Shown: one piece after another, positions 9,082 through 18,736 of the stretch
Layout of the letters: each line of letters opens with the position of its first letter
How positions within the stretch are numbered: the stretch's first letter is position 1
From: Niabella sp.
GTDB lineage: Bacteria > Bacteroidota > Bacteroidia > Chitinophagales > Chitinophagaceae
Length of the DNA: 40,980 bases
NCBI GenBank assembly: GCA_039811305.1
Contig: JBDHYK010000001.1
Span: forward strand, 1 to 40,980
Direction of reading: 5' to 3'
Notes under the pieces: model-generated
The model's input: the letters and a program-made list of their open reading frames with translations, nothing else
Database searches by the model: none
What the model was told of the DNA's origin: nothing
Made by a program: the position numbers and the translations under genes

Positions 9082-10185
9082 TCAAATCGCATCTTGGCCA
9101 TACTTTTTATAATACGCAATCAGCCAGGTTACAACGTCATTATAGGAGGCATTCCCTTTTGGTTGGTTGTTTACAATTAAAAAATGGTTATACACCCAGG
9201 AAATTATGGGTTCCAACGGGTTTTTGTATTTTTTATAAAAAGCAATATAGGCTTCCACATCTTTTTTCACTGCGGGGTGCAACCTGGTTTCGTAAAATTC
9301 TGCCTTAGACGAATCCCGGGCAAATAGTTCCCGAATTCCATAATGGTACATATCAAAATATACAGAATATTTAAAATTTACAGAAGGATGCCTTCGACAG
9401 GCCAAGAAACCCACAAAATTAGCCTCGCTTTCTTTGGCATAGCCCAACTGGTGTGCCAACTCGTGAGTAGAAACAAAAGGTTCTACAGATTGAGGAATGG
9501 TAGTATTCACCTGTGCCTCGCCTGAAAAAGGATTATAATAGCCCTGAAAGCCTAAATAATTTCCCAGATAACTAAATAATGAAGGTTTCACACTTTTTAC
9601 AGAATAGGAAAGAAAAGGAAACTCTTTTTCAGATACTTTGTAAGCCGTTACCGCCCCCTGAAACAGGTTTTTATGCAAGCGAAACGAATCGCGTATGGCG
9701 GGGGTGAGTTGTGCTGCGTTGTTGTTGAGCCGGGTGTGCAGTATTTGCACCAAAGTGTCCAGATCCTGAACCGAATAGCTATCTTCCCGCAGTTGTAACC
9801 GTTGTGAAATGCCCGTACGCGAATAGTTCAGCCCCCAAAAACTATAAAAAATCACATAGACCGAGATGCCCACAAAAACTATTTTTCGGAACTGTTTTTT
9901 TACAAGTGAAAATGTAATCTTTTTATTTTTAACCGTTTTTATTATTTTCAATAGCCACCTGATACCTACAACAAGGGCTACACTGTATAACAAATCTCCG
10001 AAGCTAAAAGGAGCCCAACCGGTAATTCTTCTTAACATACCGGAAATGAAGGGGTAAAACCCGAACGTGTAGTATTTTTCTACAATATCGGGAAAATACG
10101 ACAGTACTTTTATAAAGAGGGCAATACCCACAAGCAGTGCCCAACCAATCAACCGGTGGTTCTTATTATTTTTTAGGGAAACCAT
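9082..10185 (-). CDS. DUF3810-like membrane protein with zinc-metallopeptidase motif
   Basis: N-terminal TM segments, WGLNYSR, GYYNPFSGEAQVN, HELAHQLGYAKESEANF. Start moved to 10185: the track's extension overlaps the GNAT gene, and TACATTTG lies at 10198-10191. Confidence 0.82.
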   Translation of the reverse strand: MVSLKNNKNHRLIGWALLVGIALFIKVLSYFPDIVEKYYTFGFYPFISGMLRRITGWAPFSFGDLLYSVALVVGIRWLLKIIKTVKNKKITFSLVKKQFRKIVFVGISVYVIFYSFWGLNYSRTGISQRLQLREDSYSVQDLDTLVQILHTRLNNNAAQLTPAIRDSFRLHKNLFQGAVTAYKVSEKEFPFLSYSVKSVKPSLFSYLGNYLGFQGYYNPFSGEAQVNTTIPQSVEPFVSTHELAHQLGYAKESEANFVGFLACRRHPSVNFKYSVYFDMYHYGIRELFARDSSKAEFYETRLHPAVKKDVEAYIAFYKKYKNPLEPIISWVYNHFLIVNNQPKGNASYNDVVTWLIAYYKKYGQDAI

Positions 10186-10233
10186 GTCCTCAAATGTATT
10201 ACTATTTGTGCAGCAAAACAGTATCTTAGTTCG

Positions 10234-10797
10234 ATGAAATTTGAACCTGACCACCCTGTATTGAAAAACGGAGCAAGTGTAACAATCAGAAAGGCAGTAA
10301 AAAAAGACGCCCCGGCACTCATAATACTGAAGATGGAATTTATAGCAAACTGCCCTTTTTCCACCAGTTCTAAAGGTGAATTTTTCCCTACAAAAAGAGA
10401 AGAAGCGGCTCGCATTCAGCAGTTTAATACGCACCCTGCTACCCTTTTATTAGTTGCTACCTACAGGGGAAAAATTATTGGTTGCCTCGAACTGAAAGCT
10501 GAACGGAAAATGAAAACCTGTCATAATGCGCTATTGGGGTTAATGATTGCCCCGAAATGGCAGAATCAGGGTTTAGGCAGTGTTTTACTGGAACAGGCTA
10601 TTAACTGGGGCAAAACACATCCTGATTTGGAAAATTTATGGCTTCAGGTAGTTGCCAACCACACCCAGGCCTTGTATTTATACGAAAAAAAAGGGTTTAC
10701 GCGCACTGGCAGGCAGCCACGATACCTAAAAGATGCCTCGGGCAGCTATTTTGACCTACTCACCTTATGGCTATCAGTAGCTGAAGAGCAAGTTTAA
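10234..10797 (+). CDS. GNAT family N-acetyltransferase
   Basis: WQNQGLGSVLL acetyl-CoA motif, NHTQALYLYEKKGF. Confidence 0.9.
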   Translation: MKFEPDHPVLKNGASVTIRKAVKKDAPALIILKMEFIANCPFSTSSKGEFFPTKREEAARIQQFNTHPATLLLVATYRGKIIGCLELKAERKMKTCHNALLGLMIAPKWQNQGLGSVLLEQAINWGKTHPDLENLWLQVVANHTQALYLYEKKGFTRTGRQPRYLKDASGSYFDLLTLWLSVAEEQV

Positions 10798-10900
10798 TTT
10801 TTCGAAACCAAAACTATCGTTTTATAACAAAAAATACGGGAAAAATCCCGTTGTTTCAGCATTTTGCAGGGACGTATCTTAGCAGTAAGAAAACGAGTTT

Positions 10901-11089
10901 ATGAAATGTGTTTTAAATAATGGCAGAACCGGGTTAAAATCTTTAGAGCGGCCTTACTTCAGAACGAGGGAAACAGGCTCCCCTGTGTATAATGAGTATA
11001 GCACTTCTTTTCAAACTCCTATTCCATATGCGTTCAACATAAATGCAACATATAACCCCTTGCTGACTTTGAAAAACACCGTAATATAG
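10901..11089 (+). other. Small isolated transcription unit: 62-aa ORF or sRNA
   Basis: Promoter-like TATCTTAG at 10875-10882, ORF, then a strong hairpin at 11127-11164. No recognisable motif. Confidence 0.4.
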
Positions 11090-11126
11090 CGTAGTAGCAA
11101 GTTGGAACGACTAACTTATGCAATTA

Positions 11127-11164
11127 AAACGAATCGGGGTCCCGTAAGGCCTCGATTCGTTTTT
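11127..11164. terminator. Bidirectional intrinsic terminator
   Basis: AAAACGAATCGGGG...CCTCGATTCGTTTT inverted repeat between convergent units. Confidence 0.75.
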
Positions 11165-11203
11165 CGGTAAATGAATGAATACATGCCAAGCCTTCCAGAC
11201 CTA

Positions 11204-12139
11204 TTATTTTTTTAAAAGCTGGGATAAGGCTGCCGACACCGTTGGGTATTGAAAAACAAATCCCATATCGTGTATCTTTCCACTGCTAACAGTGGCGCTT
11301 TTCAGCACTTCATTGCTCATTTCGCCTAAAACAACCTTTAAGACGAATTCCGGAACATGCAGAGTAGTAAAATACCGACCTTTTACGCGCTTTGCAATTT
11401 CGAGTGTCAAGGTCTTATTATTGACGGGTGCCGGTGCTACGGCATTATAAATCCCCTGCCAGTTATTGTTTGTCATAGCAGTAATGTATAGCCTTAGGAG
11501 ATCTTCAATATGAATCCAGCTAACCATCTGCCTGCCACTTCCCAAAATGGCTGCAAACCCGTATTGGAGCGGCTTCTCGAAAGCCGAAAGAGCACCCCCC
11601 TCTTTGCTTAAAACAATACCCGTGCGCAGGATCACCAATCGCTTACCCAAATCAACAATAGGTTGTACACTTTGCTCCCATTGAAAGCAGGTAGTACCCA
11701 GATAATCATCGCTCTTAGGAGCAGTTTCTGTAAAAGGTTTTGGATTAGGATTGTGAGCATCAGCGCCATACCAGCCTATTGCGGAAGCACTTATAAAACT
11801 TTTCAAGTTCAGGCGCAAGCGGTTTTTATGCAGTACCTGGCACAGCAGGGAAGCACTCTTCACCCTGCTATCTACAATTTCAGTTTTTCGTGCTTTTGTC
11901 CAACGTTTTTCAGCTACCCCGGCGCCGGCCAGATGCACAATATAATCTGCTTCCGCAATCAAGTCTTCATCAACAACACCCTGTTCAATATTCCAGTAAG
12001 AAAAAGAAAGTGCTGCTTGATCCGACTTCACAGTTTCCTTTCGGGTAAGGATGACAACCTGGTATCCCTTCGCCAGTAACTCTTTTGTGAGTGCCGATCC
12101 TATAAGACCGGTACCTCCTGTTATAACTACCTTTTGCAT
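11204..12139 (-). CDS. TIGR01777/YfcH-like NAD-dependent epimerase family protein
   Basis: VITGGTGLIG, HLAGAGV, KRWT, SASAIGWYG, LRTGIVL, SWIHIED. Start at 12139 (MQKVVITGG). Confidence 0.9.
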   Translation of the reverse strand: MQKVVITGGTGLIGSALTKELLAKGYQVVILTRKETVKSDQAALSFSYWNIEQGVVDEDLIAEADYIVHLAGAGVAEKRWTKARKTEIVDSRVKSASLLCQVLHKNRLRLNLKSFISASAIGWYGADAHNPNPKPFTETAPKSDDYLGTTCFQWEQSVQPIVDLGKRLVILRTGIVLSKEGGALSAFEKPLQYGFAAILGSGRQMVSWIHIEDLLRLYITAMTNNNWQGIYNAVAPAPVNNKTLTLEIAKRVKGRYFTTLHVPEFVLKVVLGEMSNEVLKSATVSSGKIHDMGFVFQYPTVSAALSQLLKK

Positions 12140-12185
12140 AAATATCAACAAATTCCATATAAAAATAATCATTTCTATAACAAAC

Positions 12186-12211
12186 AGCCCCGGTCTATTA
12201 AAACCGGGGCT
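12186..12211 (-). terminator. Intrinsic terminator after ftsZ
   Basis: AGCCCCGGT...ACCGGGGCT stem, followed on minus by GTTTGTT. Confidence 0.65.
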
Positions 12212-12272
12212 ACAACTATAAAACTACTCCCATAATTATCCGATAGAAATCGGATTTGAATTTTCACACGAC

Positions 12273-14177
12273 TTAATCAGGTTTTTTACCATCCAAAAAC
12301 GTATTGATGGTATTAATTTGGCCCTGGTTTTTGTCATCCGTAGAAACTTCAAACTTACTGTAGTAACTTTCAATATGTGATGCATTATTGTACAATTCCA
12401 TGTTACGCCTAATATAGGCTGGCACCGTCTCAAACTCACTGGTGGGGTCGCCTGCGTTTGAGTTGAAAGACAGATTTCTAAGTTTTTGCAAGCGTTCCAT
12501 TTGTTTTCTTCGTTGAACTTCTTGTTCGGTTTCAACCGGTTCTTCCTGGTGAGGATGCTCCAAACTAAGAGCTTTTTGTGGTGAGCTTTCTTCTTTGGGT
12601 TCTGTCCTGGGATCGGGCTTTTCGAATAATTCCATTTGTCGCTCCCTCACTGGTTCCTTGTGTTCTCCCTTAGCAGTCGGCTCAGCTGTTTTTCCCGTAT
12701 TCCTTTCCTCATAAATATTATTGGGCTTGGTTAAGAAGTTGCGGTGAAGCGGCAAGGCTTGCGTATCCTCAAGCTCATTATCAACACGAGCGGACGCCAT
12801 TACCCGCTCTGTCGGTACAGCAGGCGAGTGAAAAACAGAGGGTTCTTCTTCTGTTTTTTCTTCTAACCTATTGGCTTCTACGTTATTACTGCTATTGTCT
12901 GCATCAAAAAGAGTTAAATGCACTATCTGAGATTTCTCAGACGTATCTATGAAATCTTCTATCGTAGGCATAGGAATTTCCTGCTCGAAAGGATCCTCAA
13001 CTAAAACTGGGGCGAGATGGTGGTGGTCTGCGATCGTTGTGTTCTTAGCAGGCGGGGCCTGTTCTTTTTGAATCGGTTTCTCCTCAGGCTTAGTCTGTGT
13101 TAAAGATTGAATAGCAATTTCTTCTTCTTTGGCATTAGGTAGCTGAAGTGTCATTACAATTTTACCCTCGGCGGCTTCCTCTTTCTTTAGTACAGGTTTT
13201 ACATATAAGTTCTTATTTTCAAATCCGGTTGCAATTAAGGTAATTCCAATATTGTCTCCCAATGTATTGTCATATCCCATACCTAAAATCACATCGGAGT
13301 GTTCGCCTGCCTGGCTTAAAAGATGTGTTTGAATTGTCTCAACCTCGTCCATAGTAAACTCATGTTCACCCTCAGCCGCGTTGATATTGATCAGGATCCA
13401 CTTGGCACCCCGAATATCATTATCATTCAACAAGGGGGAGTTTAAAGCTTGTTCAATTGCACGTTGTGCCCTGTCTTCGCCAGATGCTGTGGCATTACCC
13501 AGTATGGCCACACCTCCATTTCTCATTACAGTGCATACATCTGCAAAATCCACGTTTATTTGTCCGGTGGTATTGATCACATCGGTAATACATTTTGCCG
13601 CCGTTGCTAATACATTATCTGCTTTTTCAAAGGCTTCCCGCATTTTCAGATTTCCAAACTGATGGCGCAACTTATCATTGCTGATAACTAAAAGTGTATC
13701 TACGTATTCTTTTAACTGCTTGATTCCTTCTTCTGCCTGCATCTGTCGTTTTTTGCCTTCATATGCAAAAGGGGTGGTTACAATGCCAACGGTGAGCACT
13801 CCCAGGTCTCTGCATATTTTTGCAATTATGGGAGCCCCTCCCGTACCGGTGCCGCCTCCCATCCCCGCGGTGATAAAAGCCATCCGGGTATTTTGTTCTA
13901 ATATTCGTTTTACCTCTTCTAAAGATTCTTCGGTAGCCTGCCGGCCTATATCGGGGTTTGCCCCGGCGCCAAGGCCGCCAGTTAATTGTGGCCCTAATTG
14001 AATGCGGTTCGGAATTTTACTACTGGCCAGCGCCTGAGCATCCGTATTGCAAATAATAAAGTTCACACCTTCAATCTGCTGGCTGTGCATGTGATTGACT
14101 GCGTTGCCACCGCCACCGCCAACACCGATGACTTTGAGAATAGAGGAATGATCTGGGGTTAAATCAAACTGAATCAT
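12273..14177 (-). CDS. ftsZ: Cell division protein FtsZ with long C-terminal linker
   Basis: GVGGGGGNAV, GMGGGTGTG, INVDFADV; C-terminal VPAYIRR peptide. Confidence 0.98.
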   Translation of the reverse strand: MIQFDLTPDHSSILKVIGVGGGGGNAVNHMHSQQIEGVNFIICNTDAQALASSKIPNRIQLGPQLTGGLGAGANPDIGRQATEESLEEVKRILEQNTRMAFITAGMGGGTGTGGAPIIAKICRDLGVLTVGIVTTPFAYEGKKRQMQAEEGIKQLKEYVDTLLVISNDKLRHQFGNLKMREAFEKADNVLATAAKCITDVINTTGQINVDFADVCTVMRNGGVAILGNATASGEDRAQRAIEQALNSPLLNDNDIRGAKWILININAAEGEHEFTMDEVETIQTHLLSQAGEHSDVILGMGYDNTLGDNIGITLIATGFENKNLYVKPVLKKEEAAEGKIVMTLQLPNAKEEEIAIQSLTQTKPEEKPIQKEQAPPAKNTTIADHHHLAPVLVEDPFEQEIPMPTIEDFIDTSEKSQIVHLTLFDADNSSNNVEANRLEEKTEEEPSVFHSPAVPTERVMASARVDNELEDTQALPLHRNFLTKPNNIYEERNTGKTAEPTAKGEHKEPVRERQMELFEKPDPRTEPKEESSPQKALSLEHPHQEEPVETEQEVQRRKQMERLQKLRNLSFNSNAGDPTSEFETVPAYIRRNMELYNNASHIESYYSKFEVSTDDKNQGQINTINTFLDGKKPD

Positions 14178-14268
14178 ACTACTTGGTTTTTTGGCTTTTT
14201 TGAATTCACTTAAAGAAAAGCCTGGTTTTAAAAATGGGTTAGTTTATAATTGTGAAAAAACGACAGGA

Positions 14269-15663
14269 CTAAAAACGCTGATCCTCGCCTTCCGAAAAAA
14301 TATCAATCAGGCGATCCTTGAAGCCATTCCAGAAACCAAATAAGGGTTTGGTTCTTTTGGGTCTGATTTCTCCAATTTCCGCTTCTCCCCCCGTTGTTTC
14401 GCCAGTTTCAATGCTCGCAAGAAGATCATCGGGCTGGATTAATAAACTGGCAGGAACCTCGATGGGTTTCAGCCCTTTCCCAAATATCTTTCTATTATTT
14501 TCAAAATCGTCATACCCTTTCAATATCAATCCCAAACAAGTTGAATACGTTGGCTTTGCTAATTCCTCAATATGGCCGGCTGCTAAATGCTCATTGGGCA
14601 GGCCTATTCTTGCCGGGAGGCCGGTAACGTACTCGGTTAATTGAATTAGGTGTTTCAACTGAGAACCTCCACCTGTTAACACGATGCCGCCGGTAAGTTG
14701 GCGATTGTCCATGCCAATTTGTTTCAGGTGATAGGTTACAAAATCCAATATCTCACTCATTCTTGCCTGAATAATGTTGGCCAGGTTCTTCACACTGATT
14801 TCTTTTGCTGGCATACCTCTTAACCCCGGAATCGTAATGTAGGCATTGGCCTTTGCTTCGTTTGCAAGAGCACTCCCATACTGAACCTTCATTTGTTCTG
14901 CCTGGCTACGTAATACTCCTAAACCTGCTTTTATATCCGCTGTAATATTCTCTCCGGCAAAAGGAATCACAGCCGTTTGGCGTAGTACTCCTTCGGCAAA
15001 AACAGCAAGATCGGTAGTGCCACCACCAATATCTACAATGGCTACACCGGCTTCCAGATCCTCCTGACCCATCACGGCAGCAGCGGATGCGAGGGGCTGC
15101 AGTACCAAATCCTTCGTAATTAACCCGGCTTTGCCTACAGCCCTGTTAATATTTCTTACGGCATTTTTATCTCCTGTAATGATATGAAAATTAGCCCCCA
15201 ATTTCACTCCACTGTATCCAATTGGTTTTACAATATTGGGCATATTGTCCACCGTATATTCCTGAGGGATTACGTCAATTATCTGATCTCCGGCAGGGAT
15301 ATAGGTTTTGTATTGTTTGCTGACAAGGATGTCCACCTCTGCCTGCGTAATTTCCTCTTCCTCATTTTCTCTTACAATATCCCCCCGGGTTTGCAAACTT
15401 TTTATATGATGGCCTGCAACGCCAACATATACCTCGTCTATATTCAGGTCAGGGTTCAATGCCTGGCTGTTTGCTAAGGCGCCTTGAATCGCTTTAACGG
15501 TATCATCAATGTTCAATACCTGACCGTGTTTAACCCCGTTGGAATTGGCTTTGCCAAAACCAAGTATTTCTAATTTGCCAAATTCGTTTTTTCGTCCGGC
15601 AATTACGGCAATCTTAGTTGTGCCAATATCTAATCCTACAATAATGGGTTGTTCAGAGTTCAT
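14269..15663 (-). CDS. ftsA: Cell division protein FtsA
   Basis: VGLDIGTTKI, VDIGGGTTD, VLTGGGSQL; directly upstream of ftsZ. Confidence 0.97.
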   Translation of the reverse strand: MNSEQPIIVGLDIGTTKIAVIAGRKNEFGKLEILGFGKANSNGVKHGQVLNIDDTVKAIQGALANSQALNPDLNIDEVYVGVAGHHIKSLQTRGDIVRENEEEEITQAEVDILVSKQYKTYIPAGDQIIDVIPQEYTVDNMPNIVKPIGYSGVKLGANFHIITGDKNAVRNINRAVGKAGLITKDLVLQPLASAAAVMGQEDLEAGVAIVDIGGGTTDLAVFAEGVLRQTAVIPFAGENITADIKAGLGVLRSQAEQMKVQYGSALANEAKANAYITIPGLRGMPAKEISVKNLANIIQARMSEILDFVTYHLKQIGMDNRQLTGGIVLTGGGSQLKHLIQLTEYVTGLPARIGLPNEHLAAGHIEELAKPTYSTCLGLILKGYDDFENNRKIFGKGLKPIEVPASLLIQPDDLLASIETGETTGGEAEIGEIRPKRTKPLFGFWNGFKDRLIDIFSEGEDQRF

Positions 15664-15693
15664 ATTATACAGTTTTAAGTTGTTTCAAAAAAA

Positions 15694-17349
15694 TTAATTT
15701 TCTATTTTCTTCATAATTGCCTTGGGCTTCTTTTCTTCAGGTTTCTTATTCGTTGTCTTTACTGCCTTCGGCGGATTTTTGCTTTTGTCGCTGTCTCCTT
15801 TTTTCACCTGCTCTTTAACAGAATTTGCTTTTGTTGTAACTTTTGCACGATCCGCTTCCTTCTTTTTTTCCGTTGGTGCTGATATCTTTTTCTTTGTTGC
15901 TTCTACTTTCGGCTCCGCTCCTTTTTCTGATGACTTGCTGTTGCCGGATTTTGAAACACCGGACTTATGTTCTTCTACCTTTTTTGCGGCAACCGTGCTT
16001 TTAACTTTTGGAGCTACGCTCTTCCCTTCCGATTTCTTTTCCACAACCTTGACAGGGTTGAAGCCTGGCGATGCAGTTTTCGTTGGTGCTTTCTTTTCTG
16101 CAGGCTTGGCTGAATTGGGTTTGGTGGCAATCACCTTGCGATCCTCATCTATTTTAGCAGCTGTCGTGCTTTTGGGTGTTGGCGCCGTTACATGCGTTTT
16201 TGTGTTCTTTTCTACTATTTTGACTGTGGCTTTTTTAGGTGCTACTGTTTTAGGTAAGGTCGGTTTTTCGATCACTTCTTTTTTAGGTAGTGCCACAGGG
16301 ATTGGCGTTTCAGCTACCTTAACTTTTGTATCAGGTGTTGACCCTTCCTTTTCATCAGAATTTTCAACAACAGCCTTTAAAGGAGAAGTCTCTGGAGTTT
16401 CAGTTACCGGTTCAGTTGGTACTTGCAATGCAGAATCAGGAGCTTCAAATTTCACTAAAGAATAGACGGGAGCCTCTTCAATTAACGTATTCAGTTTCCT
16501 TGACTGATGTAAAAGATCTTCGATATTTTTTCGTAACTGGATGGAGTCAACCCGTGTATAGTTGCCTCTTTCCCCAATAATCTGACCCGAATACTGAACG
16601 TCTAACTTTTGATACTTATCAAAACCCACTCGTTTTAAAACCTGATCGTAGAAAAGGTACAAGCGGTGGAATTTGGACACAATATCACTACCATCTCCTA
16701 AACCTACACGGTGATTACCTACTACAGGAATCATTTCCATATTCCAGCAATCAGCGCCACAGGGATTTATGTGTATTTCTGCAACCTGTGAGGCCCAAAA
16801 GGTATCGCTATTGATAAATGAGGCAGTTGCAATTACATTTTGAAGCATCACACTATCCGATCTGTTAAATGCTTTCTTCACAGGGAAACCTGTAAAGACT
16901 GGCACGTCTAAAGATATTTTTTCGGACAGGGGTATATTCTTTCCTGCGGCATCAATATAAAATGAAGTACCATCGGTTGCAAAAACCCTTGCTAATGGTT
17001 CACGTTCAATAATATTTACTTTTAGCCTGTTGACATTATCAAAATAGAGTTCTGCGTTATACACCCAGGCACTTTGTTCTAACAAGTCTTCAATTCTTGG
17101 CAAATCAAACTCGCTGATGCGCAATCCGACAAGATCACTTTTCGTTGCTTCTTTTAATAACGTCTCAATATTCTTATTTGATGTGAACAAATTTTTAGGA
17201 TCGAAACCGCTGATCGAAATTTCATACCCTGTGCACAACCGAGTTTCCTGTACTTTGATTGCTGCTGATACCACCAAGAACATAGCCACTGCTACACCCA
17301 ACCACATGAGCGTCAGAAAAAATCGTTTTATGGTTCGCTTTATTACCAT
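15694..17349 (-). CDS. ftsQ: Cell division protein FtsQ/DivIB with long Lys-rich C-terminal extension
   Basis: Single N-terminal TM, EREPLARVF..G.SFYID, LDVQYSGQII; position between murC and ftsA. Confidence 0.87.
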   Translation of the reverse strand: MVIKRTIKRFFLTLMWLGVAVAMFLVVSAAIKVQETRLCTGYEISISGFDPKNLFTSNKNIETLLKEATKSDLVGLRISEFDLPRIEDLLEQSAWVYNAELYFDNVNRLKVNIIEREPLARVFATDGTSFYIDAAGKNIPLSEKISLDVPVFTGFPVKKAFNRSDSVMLQNVIATASFINSDTFWASQVAEIHINPCGADCWNMEMIPVVGNHRVGLGDGSDIVSKFHRLYLFYDQVLKRVGFDKYQKLDVQYSGQIIGERGNYTRVDSIQLRKNIEDLLHQSRKLNTLIEEAPVYSLVKFEAPDSALQVPTEPVTETPETSPLKAVVENSDEKEGSTPDTKVKVAETPIPVALPKKEVIEKPTLPKTVAPKKATVKIVEKNTKTHVTAPTPKSTTAAKIDEDRKVIATKPNSAKPAEKKAPTKTASPGFNPVKVVEKKSEGKSVAPKVKSTVAAKKVEEHKSGVSKSGNSKSSEKGAEPKVEATKKKISAPTEKKKEADRAKVTTKANSVKEQVKKGDSDKSKNPPKAVKTTNKKPEEKKPKAIMKKIEN

Positions 17350-17350
17350 A

Positions 17351-18736
17351 TTATTTCTCTAATATTCTTTTTATAGGTTCTACTAACTGATCAATATTAC
17401 CGGCTCCTGCGGTCACAATCACTTCTCCAAATTCCATGTTTCTGTTTCTCAGAAAAACCTGTTGCAACCAATCCAACAACCCGTCTTTCGTCATTACAGA
17501 CTTAGATTCCGATTGCATCAGGTTTAAAATGGCGTTACTATCTACACCAGCAATTGGAGTTTCTCTGGCAGGATAGATCGGTAATAAAATCACCCGATCA
17601 GCAGTATCTAATACTTCTGCAAAATCGGCTGCAAAATCTCGGGTACGACTAAACAAATGGGGTTGAAAAATAACCGTGCACCTTTTTTGCCGAAACAAAG
17701 ACTTCACTCCCTGTATCAGCGCACGCAATTCCTGAGGATGGTGCGCGTAATCATCAATAAATACAATCTCTTTCTTTTTGATAATATATTCAAACCGCCT
17801 TTTTACGCCTTTAAAAGAGGCTACTGCATTTCGTATTTTGTCCGGTTCAATTTCGAGGGAATGAGCCACCGCAACGGCTGCAACCATATTCTCTACATTG
17901 TGCATGCCTCCCATGTTCAGCTGCAGGGCATCTATTACTGAATCGGGCAGTACCACATCGAATGTATAACCCCCATCCTGCAAGGTTAAGTTTGTTGCAT
18001 GAACCGTGGCAGATTCGTTTTGCAAGCTGTAGCTTAGCGTTCGGGAAGCACTCATTTTCCTGTCCACTGCAAATTTCTTCACCAACAACCCTCCTTCTTT
18101 TATTTTAGCAACAAAGTCTCTGAAAGCTTGCTTCACATTTTCTTCCGTGCCATAAATATCCAGATGATCGGCATCGGCCGATGTAATGATCGCAATATCG
18201 GGGCTTAGCTTTAAAAAGCTGCGGTCGTACTCATCCGCTTCTATCACACATACCTGATTTGTACTGCTCCAAAAATTCGTGTTGTAATTTGCTGAAACAC
18301 CGCCCAGGAAGGCGTTACAGCCAAATCCTGTATCTCGTAGAATATGGCTGATCATTGTGGTAGTCGTTGTTTTTCCGTGTGTACCGGCAATGCAGATATT
18401 GAAAGTGTGTGCAGTAATGATTTCCAGAATATCGCTCCTTTTCAAAACCAGATACTGGTTGCTTTGATAAAACCTCAGCTCCTGATGATCGTTTGGAATA
18501 GCGGGTGTATATACTACCACATCGGCATCTTTTGGGGCAAGTGCCACATTATCTTCATAATGAATTTGAATCCCTTCATTTTCCAATTGTTCTGTAAGAC
18601 TTGTTACGGCTCTGTCGTAGCCACTCACTTTCTTTCCAAGAAAATGAAAATAGCGGGCTATCGCACTCATGCCAATCCCCCCTATACCGATGAAGTATAT
18701 ACTTTTTATAGAACTAATATTTATGTTTTTTTGCAC
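17351..18736 (-). CDS. murC: UDP-N-acetylmuramate--L-alanine ligase
   Basis: FIGIGGIGMSAIA, AGTHGKTTT, EADEYDRSF, DDYAHHP. GTG start overlaps the murG stop (TAGTG). Confidence 0.97.
   Translation of the reverse strand: MQKNINISSIKSIYFIGIGGIGMSAIARYFHFLGKKVSGYDRAVTSLTEQLENEGIQIHYEDNVALAPKDADVVVYTPAIPNDHQELRFYQSNQYLVLKRSDILEIITAHTFNICIAGTHGKTTTTTMISHILRDTGFGCNAFLGGVSANYNTNFWSSTNQVCVIEADEYDRSFLKLSPDIAIITSADADHLDIYGTEENVKQAFRDFVAKIKEGGLLVKKFAVDRKMSASRTLSYSLQNESATVHATNLTLQDGGYTFDVVLPDSVIDALQLNMGGMHNVENMVAAVAVAHSLEIEPDKIRNAVASFKGVKRRFEYIIKKKEIVFIDDYAHHPQELRALIQGVKSLFRQKRCTVIFQPHLFSRTRDFAADFAEVLDTADRVILLPIYPARETPIAGVDSNAILNLMQSESKSVMTKDGLLDWLQQVFLRNRNMEFGEVIVTAGAGNIDQLVEPIKRILEK

Noticed and set aside
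10186-10434. Cys-rich N-terminal extension of the DUF3810-like ORF
   Set aside because: It is the antisense reading of the GNAT gene, and a promoter element sits right before ATG 10185.
15722-16465. 247-aa hydrophobic ORF resembling a membrane protein
   Set aside because: Antisense mirror of the Lys-rich FtsQ tail (AAA codons read as TTT).
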